Of a DNA stretch of 64,000 bases, positions 41,889-50,685 are shown in pieces; the first letter of the stretch is position 1; the number at the start of each line of letters is the position of its first letter. This stretch comes from a virus: the IMG/VR virus record IMGVR_UViG_3300025466_000015; one strand, given 5' to 3'. The translations under genes and the position numbers were made by a program. A model generated the notes under the pieces. That model worked only from the letters and a program-made list of their open reading frames with translations, made no database searches and was not told the DNA's origin.

Positions 41889-43202
41889 ATGTTCACGAAA
41901 ACACAAGTCAGCCAATCAGTTATTGATTCAGTTACCAAAATCCTTCAAGAGGATGATTGTGTAACGCCTATGCAATCCAAAAAGATTGCTGATAAAGAAG
42001 TTGATAAACATGAGAAAAGTATGCACAAAGGTAAGAAGCCTACCTTTGAAGAAAAGAAAATGAAAGAAGTAGATGAAGACAAGTTGAAAGAGACTGGTTT
42101 TCATATGGCTGCTCATGCTGCTAAGAAAGCAGGCCAACCACACTTTACATTCCAAGGTAAAAAATATCCAACCACAGCAAAATCTACAGCTGAATCTATG
42201 GACGAAGCTTCCACATTTGACTGGAAAGCAAACAAGGATGAAAAAGATCCTAAGTTTACTACCAAGAAACCTGGCGAGAGAACTGGTCACGATTCTAAGA
42301 AAACAGAAAAAGGTGTTCAATACACTAAGAAGCCACTTAGAACTGATGGCCAAGAATTCAAAAAAGAAGAAACCGAAATGGACTTCAAAGAAAGACTTCT
42401 GGAAAAAAACTGGATTGCTGGTGCTATTAAGAAACCTGGTGCTGAAACTGCTGCCGCTAAAAAAGCTGGTATGAGCGTTCAAGCATATGCACATAAACAC
42501 GCTCACGATACAGGTAAAGCTGGTAAACGTGCTCGCCTAGCAATTACTCTTAAAGGTCTACATAAAGAAGCTAAAGACCATGAGTATTCAGACCCACACA
42601 TGGCCGTTAATCAGTTGAGAACAATCATGACCAATACCGAAGAATTGTTAGGTATGTTGGGTGATACTACTGATTTGCCAGAATGGGTAGAATCTAAAAT
42701 CACTTTGGCTGAAGACTACATTATGACAGTTGCTAATTATATGCGTTCTGAATTACATGAAGACGTTGAATTGGATGAAGGCATGATGGACACCGTTAAA
42801 AAAGTTGGTGGTAAAGTATTGAAAACATTGGGACATGGTTCTGATACTGATATGCGTAAAGACCTACAACGTAAAATGGGTGTACCACAAACTGGTGAGA
42901 AACCAAAGAAAGAAGCAGTAGACCGTGCTCAAGCAACAACAGACACTTTAGCTGGTCGTGTTAAAGGCGGTAAAGATAATGAACACAGTAGCATCAAGGT
43001 TAAATTGAAAGCTGAAGCTACTGAAAAACATGATGACAAGCCACCATTTGATGGTCCTTACACAAAAGTTAAAGGTGATGTCAAAGACAAATCTGGTGCT
43101 GTTCACACACCAATGAGTCGTGCCAAACATTTGGCTAGACAAGCAATGAAAAAAGTTAAAAATGAAATGATGATTGGTAAAGCTGGCGGTACATCTGAAT
43201 GA
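41889..43202 (+). CDS. Lys/Glu-rich putative internal head polyprotein
   Basis: Short modules separated by (L/V/M)xE motifs (VDE, LKE, MDE, LLE, LHE, LDE). Confidence 0.6.
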   Translation: MFTKTQVSQSVIDSVTKILQEDDCVTPMQSKKIADKEVDKHEKSMHKGKKPTFEEKKMKEVDEDKLKETGFHMAAHAAKKAGQPHFTFQGKKYPTTAKSTAESMDEASTFDWKANKDEKDPKFTTKKPGERTGHDSKKTEKGVQYTKKPLRTDGQEFKKEETEMDFKERLLEKNWIAGAIKKPGAETAAAKKAGMSVQAYAHKHAHDTGKAGKRARLAITLKGLHKEAKDHEYSDPHMAVNQLRTIMTNTEELLGMLGDTTDLPEWVESKITLAEDYIMTVANYMRSELHEDVELDEGMMDTVKKVGGKVLKTLGHGSDTDMRKDLQRKMGVPQTGEKPKKEAVDRAQATTDTLAGRVKGGKDNEHSSIKVKLKAEATEKHDDKPPFDGPYTKVKGDVKDKSGAVHTPMSRAKHLARQAMKKVKNEMMIGKAGGTSE

Positions 43203-44593
43203 GTAAATCCGATACATTAAAATCGGTTGTAAAAAAGGTGGCAGATAAGTCCACCTTTGGTACAAACCCAAAAGACCCATGGTCTACCAAATCTGGAATA
43301 TCTGAAGATAGATATTTGGACACTTACCTCAGCACTAGAGGTATCAATCCAAAGTTTGCTACTAAGGATGTTAAGATAGCACACTCCAAATCAAATCAAT
43401 TTTTGAATTGGAAAAGGTCTCACCTAAACATGCGTGAAGATTTGACTACTGGTAGAGAAACGACCGATGTGAGATCCAAAGTTGCACAATCACCAACTTT
43501 GAAAAGAAAAAACGAATTACAAAAGTCTGTTAAACATTATATTGTAAAAAGTCCAACAGGCAGTATGCACAAAGAAGACTTTACCGATGAAGAAGTTGAT
43601 ATATTAATTAACGAAGTTTTGGGTAAAGACGCCAAGGCTTATGATTGGATTCACCACTTTGTTCATTCAGATAATCCTAAGTTTGATGGTAAATCTAAAA
43701 AGAAACGTCAAAAGATGGCTCTTGCTGCCTACTATGCCAAACAGAATGAATCATTGGGTGATGATTTTCTAAAGATGATGAAAGACAAAGGTATCAAACA
43801 CCGTGTTCACGGTACACCTGACCAAGAGAAACAAAGAACTGCTGATAAGTTGGCTGCCAATAAAGCCAAAGCAGATGCTGCACCAAAATCAACTAAAAAG
43901 GATGACCAAGGTGGATTTGGTACACATCGTGGTTATGGACAAGGCCGTTACATGGGTGATTCGGTAGAGTTAGATAGCGATGCACTCATTAATGAATTGA
44001 GTAAAGAGAAATTGGGTGGTTTCATAAAAAAATCAAAAGAAACATTTAAAGATTTGCCTACTGAAAAGAAAGGCAATAGATTAAGAAATGTAATTAAAGC
44101 TGCAATCAAAAAAGATGCAAAGAATGAAGAAGTTGATTTGGATGAAGCCAAAATGAGTGCTTCTATGAAACTGAGCAATGCTTTAGGTCGTGAAAAGGCC
44201 AAATCTACTGCCAGTATGCAACGTGCTAAAGAAATGATGGACAAGATTAAACAGGATGTCAAAGCTAAGAGTGAAAAACCTCCTATCAAAGAAGACAGAA
44301 TCAAATCTGCTAGAATAATCAAGTCCATATATAAAAAAAAGAATATGAAAGAAGAAATGTACGACCATGAGAAAGATGACAAAGGTAGTTCATCGGTCTA
44401 TGGTAAAGCACCTAAAGTAGGTAAATCCAAAGAAGAAGGTGAAAGTACTAATAAGGCAGCTGCCGTATTAAAGGGTGGTACAACATTAACTGGTCAAAGT
44501 AGAGATACAATTGAAATTGATCCAATGATGAGAACCCGTCCAACAAATGGTGCTTCGCCTGAAGATGCCAGAAGTAAAAAGAGTATCGGATAA
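43199..44593 (+). CDS. Lys-rich putative internal head polyprotein
   Basis: Modules bounded by ISE, MRE, INE, LDE, IKE; WIHHFVHSDNPKFDGKSKKKRQKMALAAYY. Confidence 0.6.
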   Translation: MSKSDTLKSVVKKVADKSTFGTNPKDPWSTKSGISEDRYLDTYLSTRGINPKFATKDVKIAHSKSNQFLNWKRSHLNMREDLTTGRETTDVRSKVAQSPTLKRKNELQKSVKHYIVKSPTGSMHKEDFTDEEVDILINEVLGKDAKAYDWIHHFVHSDNPKFDGKSKKKRQKMALAAYYAKQNESLGDDFLKMMKDKGIKHRVHGTPDQEKQRTADKLAANKAKADAAPKSTKKDDQGGFGTHRGYGQGRYMGDSVELDSDALINELSKEKLGGFIKKSKETFKDLPTEKKGNRLRNVIKAAIKKDAKNEEVDLDEAKMSASMKLSNALGREKAKSTASMQRAKEMMDKIKQDVKAKSEKPPIKEDRIKSARIIKSIYKKKNMKEEMYDHEKDDKGSSSVYGKAPKVGKSKEEGESTNKAAAVLKGGTTLTGQSRDTIEIDPMMRTRPTNGASPEDARSKKSIG

Positions 44594-44629
44594 ATATAAA
44601 ATAAATAGGATTTCTTAAGGAGAAAAAAC

Positions 44630-45364
44630 ATGTCCTCATGGGGTAATAACGACAACGCAGCCAACGCACCATATTGGGCTGTTAATTCAACACTGGTGTC
44701 CGTAGATAGACAACCTGTAGGTACAAGACCTACAGCTGCTAACGTTGCTCTATTATATGGTAACACAACACCTGATGTTTATACAACAGGCAAAACTATT
44801 GGTTTGTTTTTGGCAGATGCTGTTGAAGAACAAGTTCAAGAGAATATTGGTTACAAACCTGCACATTCTGGTTGGAATCTGAAAACTACAGGTTCTGGTG
44901 GTCGTGCTGGTCGTATTCAATGGGAAACTTTAGTTGCTTTAGCTAACGTCACAACAGACAACAATGGTTCAGATGATGCAGTATTACCGGATGCTATCAT
45001 CACCATTTCTCAACCTATTGCTCGCAATCCTGTTCCAGTTAGTGCAGCTTCTGCTAATACAGTAACATTCTCTGTTGCTGGTACAACTGCTGTTCCAGAT
45101 TCTGCTGTATTGACATATCAATGGCAAGTTAATGCTGGTGGAATGTCTTGGGTTGACATTAATCCAGGTACCAATATTTCTACTGGCCAACCTGGCGGTA
45201 CGAATAAGACTGGCGCTAATACTGCTACATTGATCCTAGATCCAACAGATGTAACAGCAAACAACTATGTGTTCCGTGCTGTGGTGACTGCAACTAATCC
45301 AGGAATTTCAGGTTCCTCTGCTGTTGCTTACTCATCTAACGCTCAGATTATTATTGTTGCTTAA
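44630..45364 (+). CDS. Virion structural protein with C-terminal Ig-like domain
   Basis: MSSWG, HSGWN, ETLVA; ITISQP..VTFSV..LTYQWQ..YVFRAVVT. Confidence 0.72.
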   Translation: MSSWGNNDNAANAPYWAVNSTLVSVDRQPVGTRPTAANVALLYGNTTPDVYTTGKTIGLFLADAVEEQVQENIGYKPAHSGWNLKTTGSGGRAGRIQWETLVALANVTTDNNGSDDAVLPDAIITISQPIARNPVPVSAASANTVTFSVAGTTAVPDSAVLTYQWQVNAGGMSWVDINPGTNISTGQPGGTNKTGANTATLILDPTDVTANNYVFRAVVTATNPGISGSSAVAYSSNAQIIIVA

Positions 45365-45368
45365 TACA

Positions 45369-45386
45369 TGGGGGCTACGGCCCCCA
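45369..45386 (+). terminator. Stable cUACGg hairpin (terminator or mRNA stabiliser)
   Basis: TGGGGGC-TACG-GCCCCCA; no T run. Confidence 0.5.
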
Positions 45387-45393
45387 ATATAAT

Positions 45394-45780
45394 ATGTTTG
45401 ATAATTTGAATGAAGATAATTTCATGATGTATGCTATGAAGTGCTATACGTCACCTCATTGTATTATGTCTGAATTTGAAAGTGATATTAAGAGAACAAA
45501 ATATCTTAAAAGACTTTTTAGAAGATATAAGATAACAAAATCTCTTAAAGAACGTTTAATTCTGAATCACATTATTTTATTGAACAATGTTTTTGGTAAA
45601 GATGCTTGTGCCAGAATATTGTTCTATAAAATAGACGAAAGAGATTATGACATATTGAAGACATTTTTAATGTACCTCAATATTATGCCTGATGGTGTTT
45701 ATGGTATTAATGGTAAGAATATCCCAGTAGCTGATATTCCAATAGATACAAATGTCGCAGAGATATTAAGCAAAATATGA
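45394..45780 (+). CDS. Conserved T4-like hypothetical protein
   Basis: LNEDNFMMYAMKCY..EFESDIKRTKYLKRL..ERLILNHIILLNNVFG. Confidence 0.75.
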   Translation: MFDNLNEDNFMMYAMKCYTSPHCIMSEFESDIKRTKYLKRLFRRYKITKSLKERLILNHIILLNNVFGKDACARILFYKIDERDYDILKTFLMYLNIMPDGVYGINGKNIPVADIPIDTNVAEILSKI

Positions 45781-45998
45781 AATCATTCAAACAGTTTAAT
45801 GAAGATGGCGGCGCAGGCGGTGGTGCTGGTGGCGGTGCCATGGGTGGTTCTGCTGGTCCAACAAATACTGTCGGTGGCGGTGCAATTGCCGGTACTGGTG
45901 GTAAAGGTGGTGAACCTGGTGTTTACCTTAATAAAAAAAGAAAAAATGATCCAAGATTACCAATGGGTATAGGTCGTAGAAAATCACCTAAGATTTAA
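45777..45998 (+). CDS. Small Gly-rich protein with capsid-targeting-like leader
   Basis: MKSFKQFNE; PTNTVGGGAIAG..EPGV. Confidence 0.65.
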   Translation: MKSFKQFNEDGGAGGGAGGGAMGGSAGPTNTVGGGAIAGTGGKGGEPGVYLNKKRKNDPRLPMGIGRRKSPKI

Positions 45999-46415
45999 AT
46001 GTGGATTATCAAATTCTTACCTGATTGGATCTTTTACGCTATATTAGTGGCTGGCACTATTGGCCTATTGATTGGTCGTTTTATGCCTCCAATGTACAAG
46101 ACTGCTGTTCAAGTAGGTTCATTGGTTGCATTTGTATTTGGTACTTTTATGACAGGGGCTATATACGACAATAACGCATGGGTCGAAAGAGTAGATGAGA
46201 TGAAAGCCAAGGTTGCTGAGGCAGAAGCCAAAGGTAAAGAAGAAACTGTTAGAGTAGAAACAAAAGTGGTGACCAAAACACAAGTCATCAAAGAAAAAGC
46301 TCAGGTTGTCAAACAATACATTGACCGTGAAATTACAAAGTATGATAATCAATGTGTAATACCTAAAGAATTTGTAAAAGCACATAATGATGCAGCTGAG
46401 GCACCAGTAAAATGA
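45999..46415 (+). CDS. i-spanin (Rz-like)
   Basis: N-terminal TM segments, coiled coil, C-terminal CVIPKEFVKAHNDAA; overlaps the lipoprotein gene. Confidence 0.72.
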   Translation: MWIIKFLPDWIFYAILVAGTIGLLIGRFMPPMYKTAVQVGSLVAFVFGTFMTGAIYDNNAWVERVDEMKAKVAEAEAKGKEETVRVETKVVTKTQVIKEKAQVVKQYIDREITKYDNQCVIPKEFVKAHNDAAEAPVK

Positions 46416-46675
46416 AATATCTAATTATTACACTATTATTATGTTTGGCTGGTTGTTCTACAACAGTACCGGTTACGGCTAAGTTTCCAGAAGCATCTAA
46501 TATTTTAAAACAACAATGTCCACCTTTGGTTAAATTAAAAGATGATGCCAAATTAAGTGATGTGGCTAATACTGTCACAATTAACTATTCTACATATTAT
46601 GAATGTGCTGTAAAAGTAGATGGTTGGATAGAATGGTATGAGGTTCAAAAACAAATATTTGAATCTGTTAAATAA
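46412..46675 (+). CDS. o-spanin (Rz1-like lipoprotein)
   Basis: LAGC lipobox; Pro-rich; NYSTYYEC. Confidence 0.75.
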   Translation: MKYLIITLLLCLAGCSTTVPVTAKFPEASNILKQQCPPLVKLKDDAKLSDVANTVTINYSTYYECAVKVDGWIEWYEVQKQIFESVK

Positions 46676-46718
46676 ACTAAATAAAGTACGAGTACACTTT
46701 TCAACTTAAGGAAAAATC

Positions 46719-46961
46719 ATGGCAACATCAGCAAATACATTAGCAGAAATTGCATTGTCTCTAAAAGACCAATATTATGCAAATACGATTACTCTTGCTT
46801 CTTATAAGAATCAAGTAAACACAGCAATCGTTACACAAGTAGAAAACAATCCAGATTTCAAATTGATTCAAAATGACGCAGCAATTGCTAATGTCTATAT
46901 GGTTATTTCTGACGCTAAAACGGCTGACGAAAGTACAAAACCAAAACCAAGAACGAAATAA
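46719..46961 (+). CDS. Hypothetical protein
   Basis: SD AAGGA; CTAAATA late-like element upstream. Confidence 0.55.
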   Translation: MATSANTLAEIALSLKDQYYANTITLASYKNQVNTAIVTQVENNPDFKLIQNDAAIANVYMVISDAKTADESTKPKPRTK

Positions 46962-46970
46962 TAGTATATC

Positions 46971-47591
46971 ATGGAATTGACCAAAGAGCAGTTATCACAA
47001 CTGCTTCCTAAAAACCCATATCTTGACCATTGGTTTCATGCTCTAGAGCAGTTACTACCGGATTACGAGATTAACACACCAAAGCGCATGGCTGCGTTTC
47101 TGGCTCAATGTGCTCACGAATCCGGTAACTTTACTGCTACTAAAGAAAACCTAAACTATCGTCCCGAAACATTAGTTAAATTGTTTGGTAAGTATTTTGA
47201 TTTACCAACAGCACAAAGTTACTGTGCCTTACCTAATAAACAGGAAGCGATTGCCAACAGAATCTATGCTAATCGTATGGGTAATGGTGATGAAGCCTCT
47301 GGTGATGGTTATAGATATTGTGGTCGTGGCCTAATTCAAGTTACTGGCAAAGCAAATTATACCGACTTTGCGGATAGTTTACAAATTACTCCACAAGAAG
47401 CTTCTGAATATATGCACACCTTTGAAGGTGCAGCTCAATCAGCTTGTTGGTTTTGGGAAACAAGAAAATTAAATGATTATGCTGACCGTGGTGATATCAA
47501 AGGCATGACTAAAATTATCAACGGTGGTTATATTGGTTTAGAAGATCGTATATCTCACTTTGAACATGCATTACATATATTTGGAGAATAA
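46971..47591 (+). CDS. Endolysin, glycoside hydrolase family 19
   Basis: AAFLAQCAHES, ENLNY, YANRMGNG, GRGLIQVTGKANY, TKIINGG. Confidence 0.92.
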   Translation: MELTKEQLSQLLPKNPYLDHWFHALEQLLPDYEINTPKRMAAFLAQCAHESGNFTATKENLNYRPETLVKLFGKYFDLPTAQSYCALPNKQEAIANRIYANRMGNGDEASGDGYRYCGRGLIQVTGKANYTDFADSLQITPQEASEYMHTFEGAAQSACWFWETRKLNDYADRGDIKGMTKIINGGYIGLEDRISHFEHALHIFGE

Positions 47592-47593
47592 AA

Positions 47594-47902
47594 GTGCATG
47601 ACCATAAGCTGTTTTTTGGGGCAGCATTATTATTGATACTGCCTCTTTCGTTGGCGTTTTTTGGCCATGACCAATTTCGCTATCCTTGTCAAGATCCACT
47701 AAATTGGGAGAAAGAGGAATGTAAATTCCCTATATGTGATGTTACTAGAACCTGTCCTGAACAAATTTTCAAAGGTCAAAGGGATCCTAGATTGGGTCCG
47801 CCACCTGCAGCAGACCAAGGTCAATCCTCTGCTCAAAGCTTTAAATCTACGCCTACACCAATTGGTCAAATCCAAGGAGCGAATTGTGGACCAACAAAAT
47901 AA
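47594..47902 (+). CDS. Membrane-anchored Cys-rich protein (lysis region)
   Basis: N-terminal TM; FRYPCQDP..C..C..CPE. Confidence 0.6.
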   Translation: MHDHKLFFGAALLLILPLSLAFFGHDQFRYPCQDPLNWEKEECKFPICDVTRTCPEQIFKGQRDPRLGPPPAADQGQSSAQSFKSTPTPIGQIQGANCGPTK

Positions 47903-48389
47903 TGTACCGTTTATGTATACCGAAGACCAGCTTATGGCTCGTCTTAAATTTTTTATTGGTATTTGTTTAGCCTTGACATTGACAGGTATTGTTTTTGTTG
48001 TGCTCTATTCTATTATCTTTATTACTCAACCGTTGAATGCTATTAGTCCTATCGACCAAAAGTTCTTTGAGATGATTATTCCAATTGCCACATTCTTAAC
48101 AGGTACTTTATCTGGTATCATGTTGGCTGGTGGTGATAAGGATTTACAAGCAAAGGCATTAGATGCAGCAAACAGACCAACGCCAGTTTCTCCCCCGCCA
48201 TCAACGCCTAACGTATCACCAAGCTTCTCTCCAATTCCTAGCACGCCGCCAGCAGGATTCTCAAGTCCACCCAGTTTTACTCCTCCACCAGCACCCATTG
48301 ACAACTCAATTGGTGGACCAATTGGTGGACCCATACCAGGTTTTGGAGGCAAACTAGCACCTCCTCCTGCACCACAACCTCTAATTTAA
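47886..48389 (+). CDS. Two-TM membrane protein with Pro-rich tail (holin candidate)
   Basis: SD AAGGAG + GTG; two hydrophobic helices; lysis context. Confidence 0.55.
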   Translation: MDQQNNVPFMYTEDQLMARLKFFIGICLALTLTGIVFVVLYSIIFITQPLNAISPIDQKFFEMIIPIATFLTGTLSGIMLAGGDKDLQAKALDAANRPTPVSPPPSTPNVSPSFSPIPSTPPAGFSSPPSFTPPPAPIDNSIGGPIGGPIPGFGGKLAPPPAPQPLI

Positions 48390-48398
48390 GGATACAAA

Positions 48399-48578
48399 AT
48401 GAAATCACTAATTTTTGCTGTTATTGTCTCTATTGCTTCTTTAAATGCTTTTGCTGAAGCTGAGACTAAAAAAGTTTGCCATGATGAAACTAAAAATGGT
48501 AAAACAACTCAAGTATGTAAAACCATCAAAGTTCATAAGAAACTTGAAGGCACAGATATTCCTGAAAAGAAAAAATAA
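48399..48578 (+). CDS. Small secreted protein, 59 aa
   Basis: SD AAGGA; signal peptide ending AFA; two Cys; below the ORF-track cutoff. Confidence 0.6.
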   Translation: MKSLIFAVIVSIASLNAFAEAETKKVCHDETKNGKTTQVCKTIKVHKKLEGTDIPEKKK

Positions 48579-48884
48579 ATGGCAACAACAGTAGAACGAT
48601 TAGGTATTGTTGAGACCAAGGTCCAAAATCTTAATGAAAAGATGGACGACCTTAAAATTGATGTAAAAGATATGCACGATTGTCTTGATAAAACAAGAGA
48701 TGCAATCAAAACACAATTAGCTGAAATGTATGATGCGTCCTGTACTCAACATGCCGAATTGGCCAAGAAGATTTCTTCTTTGGAAAAAACAAAAGAAAAA
48801 TGGACTTGGATTATTGCTGGTATAATTGGTGCTGGTGGTTTTTTTGCTGGTCATGCCGATAAGTTACTTCAATTATTTTTTTAA
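48579..48884 (+). CDS. Coiled-coil protein with C-terminal TM
   Basis: ERLGIVETKV heptads; WTWIIAGIIGAGGF. Confidence 0.6.
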   Translation: MATTVERLGIVETKVQNLNEKMDDLKIDVKDMHDCLDKTRDAIKTQLAEMYDASCTQHAELAKKISSLEKTKEKWTWIIAGIIGAGGFFAGHADKLLQLFF

Positions 48885-48900
48885 TTGCCATTTACTTTAC

Positions 48901-48929
48901 TTGACTTGATGTTAAATAGATGATATAAT
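48901..48929 (+). promoter_or_regulatory. sigma70 promoter TTGACT-17-TATAAT
   Basis: Upstream of the primase gene. Confidence 0.72.
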
Positions 48930-48962
48930 AACAAAACTTATTTCATCTTTTTAATTTTTATT

Positions 48963-49976
48963 ATGTCCGTTTTTATTGATAGAAATTTTCTTCTTCAAGT
49001 TTCACCTAAGTTACAGAACTTCACCCAAAAAAAGGATGACCTCTATAATTTCAGGTGTCCGCTCTGTGGCGACTCACAGAAAAATAAATCAAAATCCCGT
49101 GGATATGTTTTTCGTAAAGGTAATAATTACTTTTATAAATGCCATAACTGCCATGTTTGTATTTCCTTTTACAATTTTTTAGATAAGGTTGATCCGGAAC
49201 TAATCAAAGAATATCAACTTGAAAGATATAAAGATGGAAACAACAATAAAACCGACCATAAAGCACCGACATTTGAGGAGTTCAAAACCAAGCCTGTATT
49301 CAAAAAGGCACTCCCAATTCCTAACATTGAATCGCTTCCAGAAGAACATTATGCTAAAGCTTATGTTAGGTCTAGAAAAATCCCCGAACAGTTTTACCAA
49401 ACGCTGTATTTTGCGGAAGACTTTAAGAAGTTTGTTCAAGACCTTAAGATACCGAAAGATGGCCTCCAAGACGATGACCCTAGGCTGGTAATACCATTTT
49501 ACGACAAAGATAAAAATCTAGTTTCCTTTCAAGGCCGTGCTCTTGGTGAATCCAAACTAAGATATATCACCGTAAAGATGAATGAAGAAAGTGCCAAAGT
49601 CTATGGTCTTGATAGGATTGATGAGGAGAAGAAGATATATGTTACAGAAGGTCCTATTGACTCTATGTTTGTGGATAACTGTGTGGCTACTGCTGATGCT
49701 AATCTACCTTCAATTACCAGAATATTTGATAAATCACGGGTGGTTCTTATTTTTGATAACGAACCCCGAAACAAAGACATTGTAAAAAAAATGGAAGAAT
49801 CCATTGAAGAACATTACCAACTGGTAATTTGGCCTGAGATGATGGAAGGTTACAAAGATATTAACGAAATGATTCTAGACGGCTTTACAACAGATGAAAT
49901 TCAAGATATAATAGATAACAACACATTCGTTAACCTTAGAGCTAAAATGGAATTTATAAAATGGAAAAAAGTATGA
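48963..49976 (+). CDS. gp61: DNA primase gp61
   Basis: NFRCPLCGDS..CHNC zinc finger; QGRAL; TEGPIDSMF; FDNEPRN; KDINEM. Confidence 0.95.
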   Translation: MSVFIDRNFLLQVSPKLQNFTQKKDDLYNFRCPLCGDSQKNKSKSRGYVFRKGNNYFYKCHNCHVCISFYNFLDKVDPELIKEYQLERYKDGNNNKTDHKAPTFEEFKTKPVFKKALPIPNIESLPEEHYAKAYVRSRKIPEQFYQTLYFAEDFKKFVQDLKIPKDGLQDDDPRLVIPFYDKDKNLVSFQGRALGESKLRYITVKMNEESAKVYGLDRIDEEKKIYVTEGPIDSMFVDNCVATADANLPSITRIFDKSRVVLIFDNEPRNKDIVKKMEESIEEHYQLVIWPEMMEGYKDINEMILDGFTTDEIQDIIDNNTFVNLRAKMEFIKWKKV

Positions 49977-50665
49977 CGGTAAAATTAATAAATTATTCAC
50001 AGGTCCCATGGGAAAATGTAATGGGGGTTGATGTAAATGATAAAATAAATTTGTTGGACCAGATTGCTTATTGTGCGAGAGTCTCCAACCCATCCAATCA
50101 AGATACAAACGCTCCATCAGATAAGTTGGTAAGATATCTCATTAAGAACCAACACTGGTCTCCGTTTGAAATGGTGAGTGCCTGTCTTGAGATTAATACC
50201 ACTAGAGACATTGCTAGACAAATTCTTAGGCATCGTTCCTTCTCGTTCCAAGAGTTTTCCCAAAGGTATGCAGATGCTTCTCAATTAGGCTTTGAACCTA
50301 GAGAGGCAAGATACCAAGACACTAAAAATCGTCAGAATAGTACCGAACTAGACTTGAATATAGATGACGATAGGAGACTGGCCTATCAATGGGAATTGAT
50401 GCAAAATGATATACTAAAAAGAATCCAATCAACATACGAATGGGCTCTTGAAAAAGGTATTGCCAAAGAGCAGGCTCGTGCTGTTTTGCCAGAAGGTATG
50501 ACCAAATCTCGAATGTACATGAACGGAACCCTCAGGTCTTGGATACACTATATACAACTCCGAAGCGGAAACGGAACTCAAAAAGAACATAGAGAAGTAG
50601 CAATTGCCTGTGCTGAAGCTTTAGAACCTGTGTTCCCTATGATTACCGAATTTATTACACAATAA
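49973..50665 (+). CDS. thyX: FAD-dependent thymidylate synthase
   Basis: HWSPFE, RQILRHRSFSFQEFSQRY, ARAVLP, QKEHR. Confidence 0.96.
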   Translation: MTVKLINYSQVPWENVMGVDVNDKINLLDQIAYCARVSNPSNQDTNAPSDKLVRYLIKNQHWSPFEMVSACLEINTTRDIARQILRHRSFSFQEFSQRYADASQLGFEPREARYQDTKNRQNSTELDLNIDDDRRLAYQWELMQNDILKRIQSTYEWALEKGIAKEQARAVLPEGMTKSRMYMNGTLRSWIHYIQLRSGNGTQKEHREVAIACAEALEPVFPMITEFITQ

Positions 50666-50685
50666 CAATTATAAGGCAAGAAAAT

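Noticed and set aside
41928-44382. Long minus-strand ORFs (41928..42506, 43948..44382) and similar shadows such as 55390..55875
   Set aside because: Phe/Ser/Leu-rich antisense shadows of Lys/Glu-rich + strand genes, with no SD or motifs
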